Virus record (IMG/VR): IMGVR_UViG_3300051212_001061
Coordinates: 1 to 55,403 of that record
Source of the DNA: a virus
Lineage: Duplodnaviria > Caudoviricetes
Length of the DNA stretch: 55,403 bases
Reading direction: 5' to 3' (one strand)
The position numbers were made by a program, and so were the translations under genes. Positions 18,627-30,100 of this stretch are shown piece by piece. The notes under the pieces are model-generated. The model was not told the origin of the DNA and did no database searches. It saw nothing but the letters and a program-made list of their open reading frames with translations. Every line of letters begins with the position of its first letter. Within the stretch, counting starts at the first letter, position 1.

Positions 18627-20403
18627 GGTATTATTTTTTTCTAGAAATTGTAGAGAAGAAGTTTGGGAATATGATTTTATTTTAAATGAAGTATTACCGA
18701 AACAATTGGAAAAATCCATACATTTTCTTTCTCTGGAACAAGTTAGGACTTGTGATGAAACATTTGATGTTTTTGTCTATAGTTGCAGAGATCCTGAAAT
18801 ATATGAATGGGGGTACATGCCTTCATATGATGATGCTTTAGAATGTGTTTTAAAATTAAAACCTAAAATTGTAATTCAATTATCCGATGAATATGCACAT
18901 GAAGATCTGGATGTTCATAATGAGTTGGCAAATTATTGTGAATTATTTTTGAGGCAGCATAATCATCAAGAATTTAGAAAGGAAATATGTAAAACACCAT
19001 TGTATTCTTATGAAAATATAATTCACATGCCTTTAGGATATCTTAATGATACTCCAGTTGATCAGATTGAAATATTAACACCAGATCAAAGAAAATATAA
19101 TTGGTCTTTTGTTGGTAAGATTAAAGATGAACAGTTTTTTTATTATAACTCAGAAGTTGGTGAATGGTTGCCCACAACTGATCGGGCTAAAATGATAGAA
19201 ACATTTCAAAATTCTATTGACAATTATTTTTTCAAGGATAGTGGAGTTGATAAAAAACAATTAGTTGAACTTTATAGTAATTCTATATTTGTTCCTTGTG
19301 GTAGAGGAAATACATCTTTAAATTGCTTTAGAAATTATGAGGCAACTATTTGTGGGGCAATACCTGTGGTTGTTTGGAGATGGCAAGGTGAACTTGATGT
19401 TGTATTTAAATATGGTGCAACACCAATACCGTGGATTTTTTCTCTTTCTTGGGAAGATGCAGTTCAAAAATGCAAAGAACTACTAAATCAACCAGAAAAA
19501 CTTAAAGAACTTCAAGAACAAAATATAAATTGGTGGAATACTGTTATGAATAATATTCGTAACAAAGTGAAATCCGTTTTAATTAAACCTATTGATTTGA
19601 CTAGAACTGAGAAATTAAAAAATTTTCCTCCAGTTCATTTTATTAGTATTGAAGAAACTCTAGAAAGAAGAACTCTTTTAATTGAAAAATTTAAAAATGT
19701 TGGAATTGAGAATGTTACTCCTCATATTTTTAAACGTTACAAAGATGAAGATCATACTATAGTTTCTGATTTTCTTGATAGAATTGGGCAATGGAGATTA
19801 AGTGAGGGTAGTCGTGGTCCAGTAACTTCTCATTTAAAAGCTGTTAAACGTTGGTATTATGAAACTGACGAACCATATGCATTCTTTTGTGAAGATGATC
19901 TTAGTTTGGAAACAGTTGATTATTGGAATTTTACTTGGGAAGAATTTTTTGAAAGACTACCAAAAGATTGGGAGTGTGTTCAACTTGCATGGATAAGAGA
20001 ATATCTATTTCATTATGGAGACAAATTTAGAAATAGATGTTGGTGTGATTGGTCTGCTTGCGCCTATTTGATCTCTAGAGAACATGCTAAAAAATTAGTT
20101 GAAGCATATCATCCTGATGAAAAATTTTATCTTGACGTAAAAGGAAATGATGTTCACCAAAGAGCAGAAAATTTTGTAGTTCCTGTTGTTGAAACTGTTA
20201 TGTTCTCTCCTCTTGGACCAATATATTCATTTCCACTTTTTGTTGAAGATGTTCATGGGTGTAAATCATCTTATTTAGATCTTATGGGGGAAACGGCCCA
20301 AAATCTTAATGGGCAATGTGATCATTATCATTTAAGATCTCATAATGAAATTATTGAATGGTGGAAATCTAAAGGAAAATATTTAAGAGCAAATGAACTT
20401 TAA
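18619..20403 (+). CDS. Two-domain glycosyltransferase (exostosin/GT47-like N-terminus plus GT25-like C-terminus)
   Basis: WSFVG ... SIFVPCGRGN..CFRNYEA..CGAIPVV (GT47-like), then FISIE...R, VTSHLKA, FCEDD, SACAYLI (GT25-like). Confidence 0.7.
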   Translation: MIKVLFFSRNCREEVWEYDFILNEVLPKQLEKSIHFLSLEQVRTCDETFDVFVYSCRDPEIYEWGYMPSYDDALECVLKLKPKIVIQLSDEYAHEDLDVHNELANYCELFLRQHNHQEFRKEICKTPLYSYENIIHMPLGYLNDTPVDQIEILTPDQRKYNWSFVGKIKDEQFFYYNSEVGEWLPTTDRAKMIETFQNSIDNYFFKDSGVDKKQLVELYSNSIFVPCGRGNTSLNCFRNYEATICGAIPVVVWRWQGELDVVFKYGATPIPWIFSLSWEDAVQKCKELLNQPEKLKELQEQNINWWNTVMNNIRNKVKSVLIKPIDLTRTEKLKNFPPVHFISIEETLERRTLLIEKFKNVGIENVTPHIFKRYKDEDHTIVSDFLDRIGQWRLSEGSRGPVTSHLKAVKRWYYETDEPYAFFCEDDLSLETVDYWNFTWEEFFERLPKDWECVQLAWIREYLFHYGDKFRNRCWCDWSACAYLISREHAKKLVEAYHPDEKFYLDVKGNDVHQRAENFVVPVVETVMFSPLGPIYSFPLFVEDVHGCKSSYLDLMGETAQNLNGQCDHYHLRSHNEIIEWWKSKGKYLRANEL

Positions 20404-20512
20404 AAAAATTAGAGAATCTTTAACTAGAGATTCTGATATTACTTATTATGATGAATGGCATTATATCTACATTACAGTAAAGGAAACGTTTTTAATATTA
20501 TTAACTAAATAA
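20393..20512 (+). CDS. Possible 39-aa protein (MNFKKIRESLTRDSDITYYDEWHYIYITVKETFLILLTK)
   Basis: Fills the gap between the GT and HNH genes. Confidence 0.3.
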   Translation: MNFKKIRESLTRDSDITYYDEWHYIYITVKETFLILLTK

Positions 20513-20532
20513 TTATAAGTTTATAATATTTT

Positions 20533-20904
20533 ATGGATCTTCTCCATTCTCCTCAAGATTACTTGTTCAATCTACGAACAACAAGTCCAAGAGAAGCGAA
20601 ACGATTATGGAGAAAAGAAATAAGAGAAAAATGGGAATATAAATGTGCTTATTGTGGATCTGAAGAAAATTTAACAATAGACCATATCATTCCACAATCT
20701 AAAGGTGGATTAGATATAACAAAAAATGTAGCGTGTTGTTGCCATTCTTGCAATCAAGACAAAGGTCATACCCCTTGGGAAGATTGGTACTTTTCGCAAG
20801 AGTTTTTTGATATGGGAAGATATCAGAAAATTAAAGATTGGATGAAACCCGATCCACCAACAAATTTATTTAATTATCGCCCAAGAAGGAATAATGCGAG
20901 TTAG
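20533..20904 (+). CDS. HNH endonuclease (McrA-like, Zn-binding)
   Basis: CAYCG..LTIDHIIPQSKGG...N...CCHSCNQDKG. Confidence 0.9.
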   Translation: MDLLHSPQDYLFNLRTTSPREAKRLWRKEIREKWEYKCAYCGSEENLTIDHIIPQSKGGLDITKNVACCCHSCNQDKGHTPWEDWYFSQEFFDMGRYQKIKDWMKPDPPTNLFNYRPRRNNAS

Positions 20905-20955
20905 ATAAATACCCTTTATAGGGGCATTTTCTTTTAATACGAGAGTATCCAGCTA

Positions 20956-23900
20956 ATGGCAGACATACAAGTACGTGTAGGTGGGACAAATATTTCATCG
21001 ATAAAAGTCGGCCAAGAAAATGCTGTAAAAGTAGTTGCTAGTAGTTCTGGTGCTCAAGGATCGCAAGGAACTCAGGGGACTATTGGTTCTCAAGGAATTC
21101 AAGGAACACAGGGATTTACTGGTGGTATTGGTTCAATAGGATCTCAAGGTTTTCAAGGTATTCAAGGTCCTATTAGTAATTTTCAAGGAACTCAAGGTAA
21201 TCAAGGTATTCAGGGAACACAAGGTGCTCAGGGTACACAAGGTACTATTGGTTCTCAAGGATTACAAGGACTTCAAGGAGAAATAGGATCTCAAGGTGCT
21301 CAAGGTACACAAGGTACTATTGGTTCTCAAGGATTCCAAGGACTTCAGGGAGAAATTGGTTTTCAAGGTTCTCAAGGTATACAGGGAACCATTGGATCTC
21401 AAGGATTTCAAGGATCTCAGGGATCTCAAGGAACTATTGGTTCTCAAGGTGCTCAAGGTATTCAAGGAAACGACGGATCCCAAGGATTCCAAGGATCTCA
21501 GGGATCTCAAGGCACTATTGGTTCTCAAGGTGCTCAAGGTACACAAGGAATTATCGGTTCTCAAGGACTCCAAGGTACACAGGGAACTATTGGATCGCAA
21601 GGTGCTCAAGGTACACGGGGAACTATTGGATCGCAAGGTGCTCAAGGTACACAAGGAAATATCGGATCTCAAGGATCTCAAGGATTTCAAGGTGTATTTG
21701 GTTCTCAAGGATCGCAGGGAACTCAAGGTGTAATTGGTTTTCAAGGATCACAAGGTGCTCAAGGAACTCAAGGGACTATTGGATCACAAGGTGCTCAAGG
21801 TACACAAGGAACTATTGGTTCTCAAGGTACTCAAGGTACACAAGGCACTATTGGATTACAGGGATCTCAAGGTACACAAGGAACTATTGGATCACAAGGT
21901 GCTCAGGGAACACAAGGTATAATCGGTTCTCAAGGATTCCAAGGTACACAAGGAACAGCAGCCCCATCTTTAACTGTTAGTACAAGATCTGGATATTCTG
22001 GAATTAATAGTACAGATTCTGTATCAAATGTAAGTGCAATAAGGTTTGATAGAAATACTGGATTTGCTGTAACAAGTCTTGGTAATAATGAAGTTTTTGT
22101 TCAACTTGGAAGTAGTTTCAAAACATGGAATGTTGCTGGACAAGATTCTCTTATAGCAGTTGCTGAAGATACTGTAGAGTTTATTGCTGGTCCTGGAATT
22201 GCAATAACAACAAAAGCAACAGATCCTAAAACAATAACATTTTCAACTACTGCAGGTGTTGGTGCTCAAGGTGCTCAAGGAACTCAAGGATTGCAGGGAA
22301 ATCAAGGAACTATAGGTTCTCAAGGTTCTCAAGGTCTTCAGGGTGTTGGTGCTCAAGGTACACAAGGCACTATTGGTTCACAGGGTGCTCAAGGTACACA
22401 AGGCACTATTGGTTCACAAGGTGCTCAAGGTCTTCAGGGTGTTGGTGCTCAAGGATCACAAGGTACACAAGGCACTATTGGTTCTCAAGGATCACAAGGG
22501 ACTATTGGATCACAAGGTGCTCAAGGTCTTCAGGGAATCATAGGTTCTCAAGGTGCTCAAGGTACACAAGGAAATATCGGATCTCAAGGATCTCAGGGAT
22601 CTCAAGGCACTATTGGTTCTCAAGGATCACAGGGAACTCAAGGAACCATTGGATCACAAGGTTCTCAAGGTACACAAGGAACTATTGGTTCTCAAGGTGC
22701 TCAAGGTCTTCAAGGAGAAATTGGTTCTCAAGGTGCTCAGGGAACACAAGGAACGATTGGATCGCAAGGTGCTCAAGGAACTCAAGGTGTAATCGGTTCT
22801 CAAGGATCTCAAGGTACACAAGGTTCAATAGGACCTATTGCGGGTTCAAATAGTCAAATTATCTTTAATGACAATAATACTTCTGGTGCTTCTTCTAATC
22901 TTACTTTTGACAAAAATACTTCAACTCTTCAAGTTGGAGGTGTTTCTGGAACTGGGATTGGCATTAATACAAATACTATTACTGGTCCTTCCCAAATTAC
23001 TATTGATCCCTCTGCAATTGGAGATAATACTGGTTTAGTAAGAATCAAAGGTGATTTATATATTGATGGCACACAGACTTATATTAATTCGACAACAATT
23101 GAACTTGCTGACTTTAATGTTGGTATTGCAACTACTGTGGGAACTAATTTACTTCTTGATGGTGCTGGAATTGGAATTGGATCTACTAATATTCGTAAAA
23201 CTATAACATGGAATAATACTGCTGGAGCATTAACTTCCAGTGAAGATTGGAATTTAGTATCGGGTAAAAAATATGAGATTGATGGAATTTCTGTACTGGA
23301 CGCAACAACACTTGGAAATGGAATTACTAATTCGTCACTGACTTCTGTTGGTACATTAGGACAATTAAATGTTTCTGGTCTTTCTACTTTTGCAAATATT
23401 GTTGAGTTAAATGCAGGTCTAAAAGATATTTACAATAATGTAGGTGTTGCTGGTTCTGTTCTTATTTCTACTGGCGCTGGAATTTCTTGGACTAATCCTT
23501 ATGCTGCTGGATTGCAAGGTCTTCAGGGAACGATTGGATCTCAAGGTGCTCAGGGAACTCAAGGAACTATTGGTTCTCAAGGTGCTCAAGGTCTTCAGGG
23601 AATCATAGGTTCTCAAGGATCACAAGGTACACAAGGCACTATTGGTTCTCAAGGTGCTCAAGGTCTTCAAGGAACGATTGGATCTCAGGGATCTCAAGGC
23701 CTTCAAGGCACTATTGGTTCTCAAGGTGCTCAAGGTCTTCAAGGAACGATTGGTTCTCAAGGTGCTCAAGGTCTTCAGGGTCTTCAAGGTATAACCGGAA
23801 CTTTTGGTGCTAGGAATTATTCAGTAACAAATAGTGGTGCAAGTGATTACATTATAGATGGTTCAAATGATCCAACATTAAATTTACTGAGAGGATTTAC

Positions 23901-26811
23901 CTACACATTTAGTGTTAATGCTTCTGGGCATCCTTTTTGGATAAAAACTACACAAACTACTGGAACCGGAGATGCTTATAATACCGGAGTAACTAATAAT
24001 GGTACTGAAAGTGGAACAATTGTATTTGCAGTTCCTTATAATGCACCTGACACTTTATACTATATTTGTCAATATCATGGCAGTATGGTTGGGACCATAT
24101 CTATTACTGATATTGGACCTCAAGGAATTCAAGGTCTTCAAGGATCGATAGGTTCTCAGGGTACACAAGGAACTATTGGATCCCAGGGATCGCAAGGTCT
24201 TCAAGGAACTATTGGATCCCAGGGATCGCAAGGTCTTCAGGGAACTATTGGATCCCAGGGATCGCAAGGTCTTCAGGGAACTATTGGATCCCAGGGATCG
24301 CAAGGTCTTCAGGGAACTATTGGTTCTCAAGGTTCTCAAGGTACACAAGGCACTATTGGTTCTCAAGGTTCTCAAGGTACACAAGGCACTATTGGTTCTC
24401 AAGGTTCTCAAGGTACACAAGGCACTATTGGTTCTCAAGGTTCTCAAGGTGCTCAAGGTCCTGCTGGACCACCTGCCACTATAAGTGCATTAAATTATTC
24501 ACAAACTCTTGGAACAAAAGTAACCGTATTAAGTAGTGCTTCTTTCCCAGTTGGTATTGTTACAACCACTATTACTACAAGTGGGAACCCAGTTCAAGTT
24601 GTTGTAACTGGTGATGCAGAAAACGCAACTGCTGGCACTTGGGGTCGTATTCAGTTGTATAGAGATTCAACTGCAATCGGAAACGATGTTCAGTTTGAAA
24701 GTTCTGCTGGGAGTGAAAACTCTCCATTTGCAATTTCAGTCATCGATACTCCTTCTGCTGGAACATATTCTTATAGTTTAAAAGTTGTAACTTTAGCTGG
24801 AGGAAACTTTAATTTTGGTGAAAATACTGGCCCAGTTCTTTATGCTTATGAACTTGCAAACGTATTAGGTAATCAAGGCACTCAAGGTACTCAAGGTGTT
24901 GGGTCACAGGGTACTCAAGGATCTCAAGGACTTCAAGGCACTATAGGTTCTCAAGGACTTCAAGGTGTTCAAGGTGTTCAAGGACTTCAAGGTTTAAGTA
25001 ATCAAGGTTCTCAAGGACTTCAAGGCACTATAGGATCACAAGGTTCTCAAGGTCTTCAGGGAGAAATTGGTTCTCAAGGTGCTCAAGGTGCAATTGGTTC
25101 TCAAGGATCTCAAGGTCTTCAGGGAGAAATTGGTTCTCAAGGTCTTCAGGGAACTGTTGGATCACAAGGTGCTCAAGGTGCAATTGGTTCTCAAGGTTCT
25201 CAAGGTCTTCAGGGAACTGTTGGATCTCAAGGATCTCAAGGTACACAAGGAACCATTGGATCGCAAGGTTCTCAAGGTCTTCAAGGAGAAATTGGTTCTC
25301 AAGGTGCTCAAGGTCTTCAGGGAGAAATTGGTTCTCAAGGTGCTCAAGGTCTTCAGGGAGAAATTGGTTCTCAAGGTGCTCAGGGAACACAAGGAACGAT
25401 TGGATCACAAGGTGCTCAAGGTCTTCAGGGAGAAATTGGTTCTCAAGGTGCTCAGGGAACACAAGGAACGATTGGATCACAAGGTGCTCAAGGTCTTCAG
25501 GGAGAAATTGGTTCTCAAGGATTTCAGGGGACACAAGGAACTATTGGTTCTCAAGGTTCGCAGGGAACTCAAGGACAAACTGGATCGCAGGGAGTAGTAG
25601 GTAATATTTCTTATAATGTTTATAATTCTGGATCTTCATCCTATAGTATAAATTCTCAAAACAATCCAACTTTAGTTTTAGCAAGAGGATTTACCTATCA
25701 GTTTGTTATTGATGCTTCTGGACATCCTTTTTGGATTAAAACTACTCAAACAACTGGAACTAATGATGCTTATAATACTGGAGTTACTAATAATGGAACT
25801 GATAGTGGGACTATAACATTTGTAGTTCCTTTTGATGCTCCAAATACTTTATATTATAATTGCCAATATCATTCTTCAATGGCGGGAACTATTTCTGTCA
25901 ATGATTTTGGACAACAAGGAATTCAAGGTCTTCAAGGATTTACTGGAGGATCAGGAACTCAAGGATCGCAGGGTCTTCAAGGTGATAAGGGAATTGGTTC
26001 TCAAGGTGCTCAAGGTTTATCTGTTCAAGGTCTACAAGGACTTCAAGGACTTCAAGGACTTCAAGGATCTGGAAATCAAGGAACACAAGGTATTAGTAAT
26101 CAAGGAACTCAGGGAATTCCTGGTCCAGCTGGTCCAGATGGTGCTCAAGGTTCGCAAGGAACACAAGGAATTTCTGGATTATATGCTGGTCAAGGAACTC
26201 AAGGTCTTCAGGGTGCTGGTTTAGATGGAGCTCAAGGTTCTCAAGGACTTAGGGGATCTTACGATGCTCAAGGACTTCAGGGAACTCAAGGATTGGGAAT
26301 TCCCGGATCTCAAGGATCTCAGGGATCGCAAGGATTGAGGGGATCTTATGATGCCCAAGGATTGCAAGGTCTGCAGGGATTTTCTGGATCTATTGGTCTT
26401 GATGGATCTCAAGGCGCTCAAGGTATTGGTGGTCTTTATGCTGGACAAGGAACTCAGGGACTTGGTGGAGGGTTTAGAGTTTTTAGATCATCAACTCCAC
26501 CTAATATTTCGACAGTTTCTGGTGATTATTGGATTGATGAGGATGATGGAATTACATATACATGGTTTGATGATGGTGATTCTCAACAGTGGGTTGAGTT
26601 TGGACCAACTCCACAACAAGTTAATATTGGAGTCAGTGGATTCGGAATTTCAACGAGTGGTGGATTTGTTGGATTTACTACTTATCTAAGTCTTGAAGGT
26701 CCTGGTGTTTCTACCGTAACAGTTTCTGCGGGAATTGCAACAATAAATATAACAGGAGGAGGAGCAGGAACTCCTGATATAAGTCCAGTAATGATGGGGA
26801 TGATTTTCTAA
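20956..26811 (+). CDS. Collagen-like (Gly-X-Gln) fibre protein with interspersed globular domains
   Basis: Long GSQ/GTQ/GAQ/GTI triplet tracts separated by non-repetitive domains; ATAAATA late motif at 20905-11. Confidence 0.85.
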   Translation: MADIQVRVGGTNISSIKVGQENAVKVVASSSGAQGSQGTQGTIGSQGIQGTQGFTGGIGSIGSQGFQGIQGPISNFQGTQGNQGIQGTQGAQGTQGTIGSQGLQGLQGEIGSQGAQGTQGTIGSQGFQGLQGEIGFQGSQGIQGTIGSQGFQGSQGSQGTIGSQGAQGIQGNDGSQGFQGSQGSQGTIGSQGAQGTQGIIGSQGLQGTQGTIGSQGAQGTRGTIGSQGAQGTQGNIGSQGSQGFQGVFGSQGSQGTQGVIGFQGSQGAQGTQGTIGSQGAQGTQGTIGSQGTQGTQGTIGLQGSQGTQGTIGSQGAQGTQGIIGSQGFQGTQGTAAPSLTVSTRSGYSGINSTDSVSNVSAIRFDRNTGFAVTSLGNNEVFVQLGSSFKTWNVAGQDSLIAVAEDTVEFIAGPGIAITTKATDPKTITFSTTAGVGAQGAQGTQGLQGNQGTIGSQGSQGLQGVGAQGTQGTIGSQGAQGTQGTIGSQGAQGLQGVGAQGSQGTQGTIGSQGSQGTIGSQGAQGLQGIIGSQGAQGTQGNIGSQGSQGSQGTIGSQGSQGTQGTIGSQGSQGTQGTIGSQGAQGLQGEIGSQGAQGTQGTIGSQGAQGTQGVIGSQGSQGTQGSIGPIAGSNSQIIFNDNNTSGASSNLTFDKNTSTLQVGGVSGTGIGINTNTITGPSQITIDPSAIGDNTGLVRIKGDLYIDGTQTYINSTTIELADFNVGIATTVGTNLLLDGAGIGIGSTNIRKTITWNNTAGALTSSEDWNLVSGKKYEIDGISVLDATTLGNGITNSSLTSVGTLGQLNVSGLSTFANIVELNAGLKDIYNNVGVAGSVLISTGAGISWTNPYAAGLQGLQGTIGSQGAQGTQGTIGSQGAQGLQGIIGSQGSQGTQGTIGSQGAQGLQGTIGSQGSQGLQGTIGSQGAQGLQGTIGSQGAQGLQGLQGITGTFGARNYSVTNSGASDYIIDGSNDPTLNLLRGFTYTFSVNASGHPFWIKTTQTTGTGDAYNTGVTNNGTESGTIVFAVPYNAPDTLYYICQYHGSMVGTISITDIGPQGIQGLQGSIGSQGTQGTIGSQGSQGLQGTIGSQGSQGLQGTIGSQGSQGLQGTIGSQGSQGLQGTIGSQGSQGTQGTIGSQGSQGTQGTIGSQGSQGTQGTIGSQGSQGAQGPAGPPATISALNYSQTLGTKVTVLSSASFPVGIVTTTITTSGNPVQVVVTGDAENATAGTWGRIQLYRDSTAIGNDVQFESSAGSENSPFAISVIDTPSAGTYSYSLKVVTLAGGNFNFGENTGPVLYAYELANVLGNQGTQGTQGVGSQGTQGSQGLQGTIGSQGLQGVQGVQGLQGLSNQGSQGLQGTIGSQGSQGLQGEIGSQGAQGAIGSQGSQGLQGEIGSQGLQGTVGSQGAQGAIGSQGSQGLQGTVGSQGSQGTQGTIGSQGSQGLQGEIGSQGAQGLQGEIGSQGAQGLQGEIGSQGAQGTQGTIGSQGAQGLQGEIGSQGAQGTQGTIGSQGAQGLQGEIGSQGFQGTQGTIGSQGSQGTQGQTGSQGVVGNISYNVYNSGSSSYSINSQNNPTLVLARGFTYQFVIDASGHPFWIKTTQTTGTNDAYNTGVTNNGTDSGTITFVVPFDAPNTLYYNCQYHSSMAGTISVNDFGQQGIQGLQGFTGGSGTQGSQGLQGDKGIGSQGAQGLSVQGLQGLQGLQGLQGSGNQGTQGISNQGTQGIPGPAGPDGAQGSQGTQGISGLYAGQGTQGLQGAGLDGAQGSQGLRGSYDAQGLQGTQGLGIPGSQGSQGSQGLRGSYDAQGLQGLQGFSGSIGLDGSQGAQGIGGLYAGQGTQGLGGGFRVFRSSTPPNISTVSGDYWIDEDDGITYTWFDDGDSQQWVEFGPTPQQVNIGVSGFGISTSGGFVGFTTYLSLEGPGVSTVTVSAGIATINITGGGAGTPDISPVMMGMIF
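24169..24450 (+). repeat. Near-perfect 36-bp in-frame tandem repeats within the collagen gene
   Basis: ggaactattggatcccagggatcgcaaggtcttca(a/g) x4, followed by about 3 copies of ggcactattggttctcaaggttctcaaggtacacaa. Confidence 0.85.
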
Positions 26812-26812
26812 A

Positions 26813-27175
26813 ATGGCAGCACCAAATCTAAAAAATCCTACTAGTATTGTTGGAATAACAACAGTTGTAAAATTAACTACCAATAACATTACTGGCGTCC
26901 TTACTAATTTGTCAAATAGTAACAAAGTTTTAAAAATCAATAGTATTTTTGCTGCAAATGTTGATGGAGTTAATAACGCAGATATAAGTATTTCTATACT
27001 GAGAGATTCTAGTGATGTTTATATTGCAAGGACTATAACTGTTCCTGCAGACTCCACACAAATCATTTCAACCAAGGAAAGTTATTTTTATGTAGAAGAA
27101 AACGTTGGTATTCGTGCTCAGGCTAGTGTGGCAAATGATATTGATATTGTAATTTCTTATGAGGAGATTTCATAA
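26813..27175 (+). CDS. Putative small virion structural protein
   Basis: Beta-rich 120-aa ORF (MAAPNL...ISYEEIS) coupled to the fibre genes. Confidence 0.6.
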   Translation: MAAPNLKNPTSIVGITTVVKLTTNNITGVLTNLSNSNKVLKINSIFAANVDGVNNADISISILRDSSDVYIARTITVPADSTQIISTKESYFYVEENVGIRAQASVANDIDIVISYEEIS

Positions 27176-30100
27176 TGAAAATGATAAGTGGAAGTCTTCC
27201 AACCACACCACAAGGATTATTAAAGGGTATTTTTTTTCCAGATGATAATGTTCGTAATGAAGTAATATCTGGTGATATTGTTCGTTATGGGTATACTAAT
27301 AAATCTTTTTCTGTTGGTCTTCAAAATGGTGTTCCGTATTCAGTTGTGATAAGTACTGACGGAACTAATATGTATGTTATTTCCAATCAACAAGTTTTTC
27401 AATATACATTATCGACCCCGTTTGAAATTAATACCGCAACTTATGCAAATAAAAGTTTATCGTTTGGTTCAATCGAAGGTAATGGGCAAGGTCTATCAAT
27501 AAGTAATGATGGTGTTAATCTTTATATTAATGGAAACACAAATGATAGAATAGTCCAATATGTTATGACCACTCCATGGGATCTTGCGACTGCTAAACTA
27601 CCACCTCAAGTAAAAACTCTTGTGGTTTCATCTCAAGGAGAAACCGAACCACATGGAATGTCTTTTGGTGACTCGGGAACTAAACTTTATGTTGTAGGAA
27701 ATACAAACGATACGATATATCAATACACATTAAGTACTGCATATGATGTTTCCACTGCAACTTATGCAAACAAATCTTATTATGTTGGTGCTGTAGATTC
27801 TTTTCCTACAGGAATCGATTTTAAACCAGATGGAACTCGGTTTTATATTCAAGGCGGATCTAATGCTAGATTGTACCAATTTACATGCACTACACCATGG
27901 GACATTAGCACTGCTAGATACTTATTAACCCCATCTCCAGTTTTTTCTGGTGTTGGAACCGTTGGGGAGCAACAACCTACTGGAATGTATGTCGGTGACT
28001 CTGGAACAAAACTTTATATTATAGGAAATTGGAACGATACGATATATCAATATACTTTATCCACTCCATATGATGTTTCTACTGCAACTTATGCCAGTAA
28101 ATCTTTTTTAATTACAAGTCAAACTAGTTATGGAACTGGAATATTTTTTAAACCAGATGGAACAAAAGCTTATATATCTGATGGACTTAACGACAGAGTT
28201 TTTGAATATATACTGACCACTGCTTGGGATATTAGTACTGCTAGTCATTTACCATCATTTTCAATATCTTTAGCTTCTCAAGAAAGTCTTGTGACTGGAA
28301 TGGCATTTAAATCTGATGGAACTGCTGTTTATGTTATTGGTACAAATAATGATACGATATATCAATATACTCTAAGCACTGCTTGGGACGTTTCTACGGC
28401 ATCTTATGCGTCTAAAAGTTTTTCTGTTAATGCTCAGGATACTTCTCCTAGAGGTATTACGTTTAAAACTGACGGAACTAAAGTTTATGTCATGGGAGAC
28501 ACGAATGATAGAGTATATCAATATAGTTTAAGTACGGCATGGGATATTAGTACTGCATCTTATGATTCTAAAAGTTTTCTTGTAAGTGGACAAGATAGTG
28601 CAGGAAATGATCTTTATTTTAAAACCGATGGTGCTAAAATGTACATCCTCGGTGATACGAACAATAGAGTATATGAATATACTTTAAGCACCGCATGGGA
28701 CGTTAGTACTGCAACTAGTTCAACTAACGTAGCTGTACAAACGGAAACTTTAACTGGATTAACTTTTAATTCGGATGGAACTTCTTTTTATGTGATCGGA
28801 ACTACAAATGATGTTGTTTATCAATATAATATGTCTACTGCTTGGCTTGTTAGTAGTGCGACATTAGTATCTCAAACTGTTAGACCAACTATTTTGCAGG
28901 ATACATCTCCAGTAGCAATAAGTTTTAATTCTGACGGAACTAAGATTTTTCTTTTGGGGGATAGTAATGACCGAATATATCAATATGAAGTAAGCACCGC
29001 ATACACAACTAGTACAATGAATGTTGGATATGTTCCGATGTCATCTACTTCATATGAATGTAGAGATCTTGCTTTTAGTAGTGATGGGACAAAATTATAT
29101 CTTGCCCAATATTCTTCTGGATCAACAGATTATATTGAACAATATAATTTAAGTGTTGCTTGGAATATTTCAACTGCAGTCACTAGCTATTTTTTAACTT
29201 CTCCAGATACTATTCCTGAAGCAATATCTTTTAAATCCGATGGAACTAAACTGTATGTATTGGGAGGCACTAATGATAAAATATATCAATATACTTTAAG
29301 TACTCCTTGGTCTCTTTCTACTGCCACTCAAAATACATTACAAAACGTCACATATGTTGGATTGCAAGATATTTCTCCCACTGGAATGCATTTTAATGCC
29401 GATGGTACTCGTGTTTATGTTTTGGGAGATAATACCGATAGAATATATCAATATGAAATAGAAGATGCTTGGAATATGAATAGTATGAATATGGGATATT
29501 TCCCAATATCTAATATCTGGGGTAGTGCAAGTTATACTATTCGTGATATTAAATTTAAACCTGATGGAACTAGGTTTTTTTGTCCTATCTATGCTCCTTC
29601 TACTACCGATTACATAGCGCAATTTACATTAACTGCAAACGCTTGGAATATATGTGCTTTATCTTCAACTTCTGCATCTATTTCATCACCTGATATTCAA
29701 CCAGAAGGAATTGCACTTAAATCGGACGGAACTCGGTTGTACATGGTGGGACTTGGTAATGATAGAATTTATGAATATACTCTATCGGTTCCTTGGGATC
29801 TGGGAAGTGGCACAGTAACACAACAATCTCATAATCATAATGGATATATTGGATATTTTGAAACTGAAGGTAGGGCTTTAGAAGTAAGTGCCGATGGAAC
29901 TAAAATATATGTTATTGGATCTGGAAGCGATACTGTTTTTCAGATGGATATGACAACGCCATGGATTCTTGATACGATGAATGTTGGATTTAAATCTCTT
30001 GCTGGTCAAGAAGGAACTTCTTATGGGCATACTATGTCCTATGATGGATCCAAGGTTTATGTTATTGGAGCAAATGATACGATATATCAATATAGTTTAA

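Noticed and set aside
24169-24450. 36-bp repeats resembling a CRISPR array in unit length
   Set aside because: They are contiguous tandem units with no unique spacers, lie in frame within a coding gene, and have no cas genes nearby
21262-26689. Many alternative-frame and antisense ORFs (LKVLKV..., LRTLRT..., PEDLEH...) within the collagen gene
   Set aside because: Shadow ORFs produced by the 9-nt periodic GGN-NNN-CAA repeats, which lack stops in other frames
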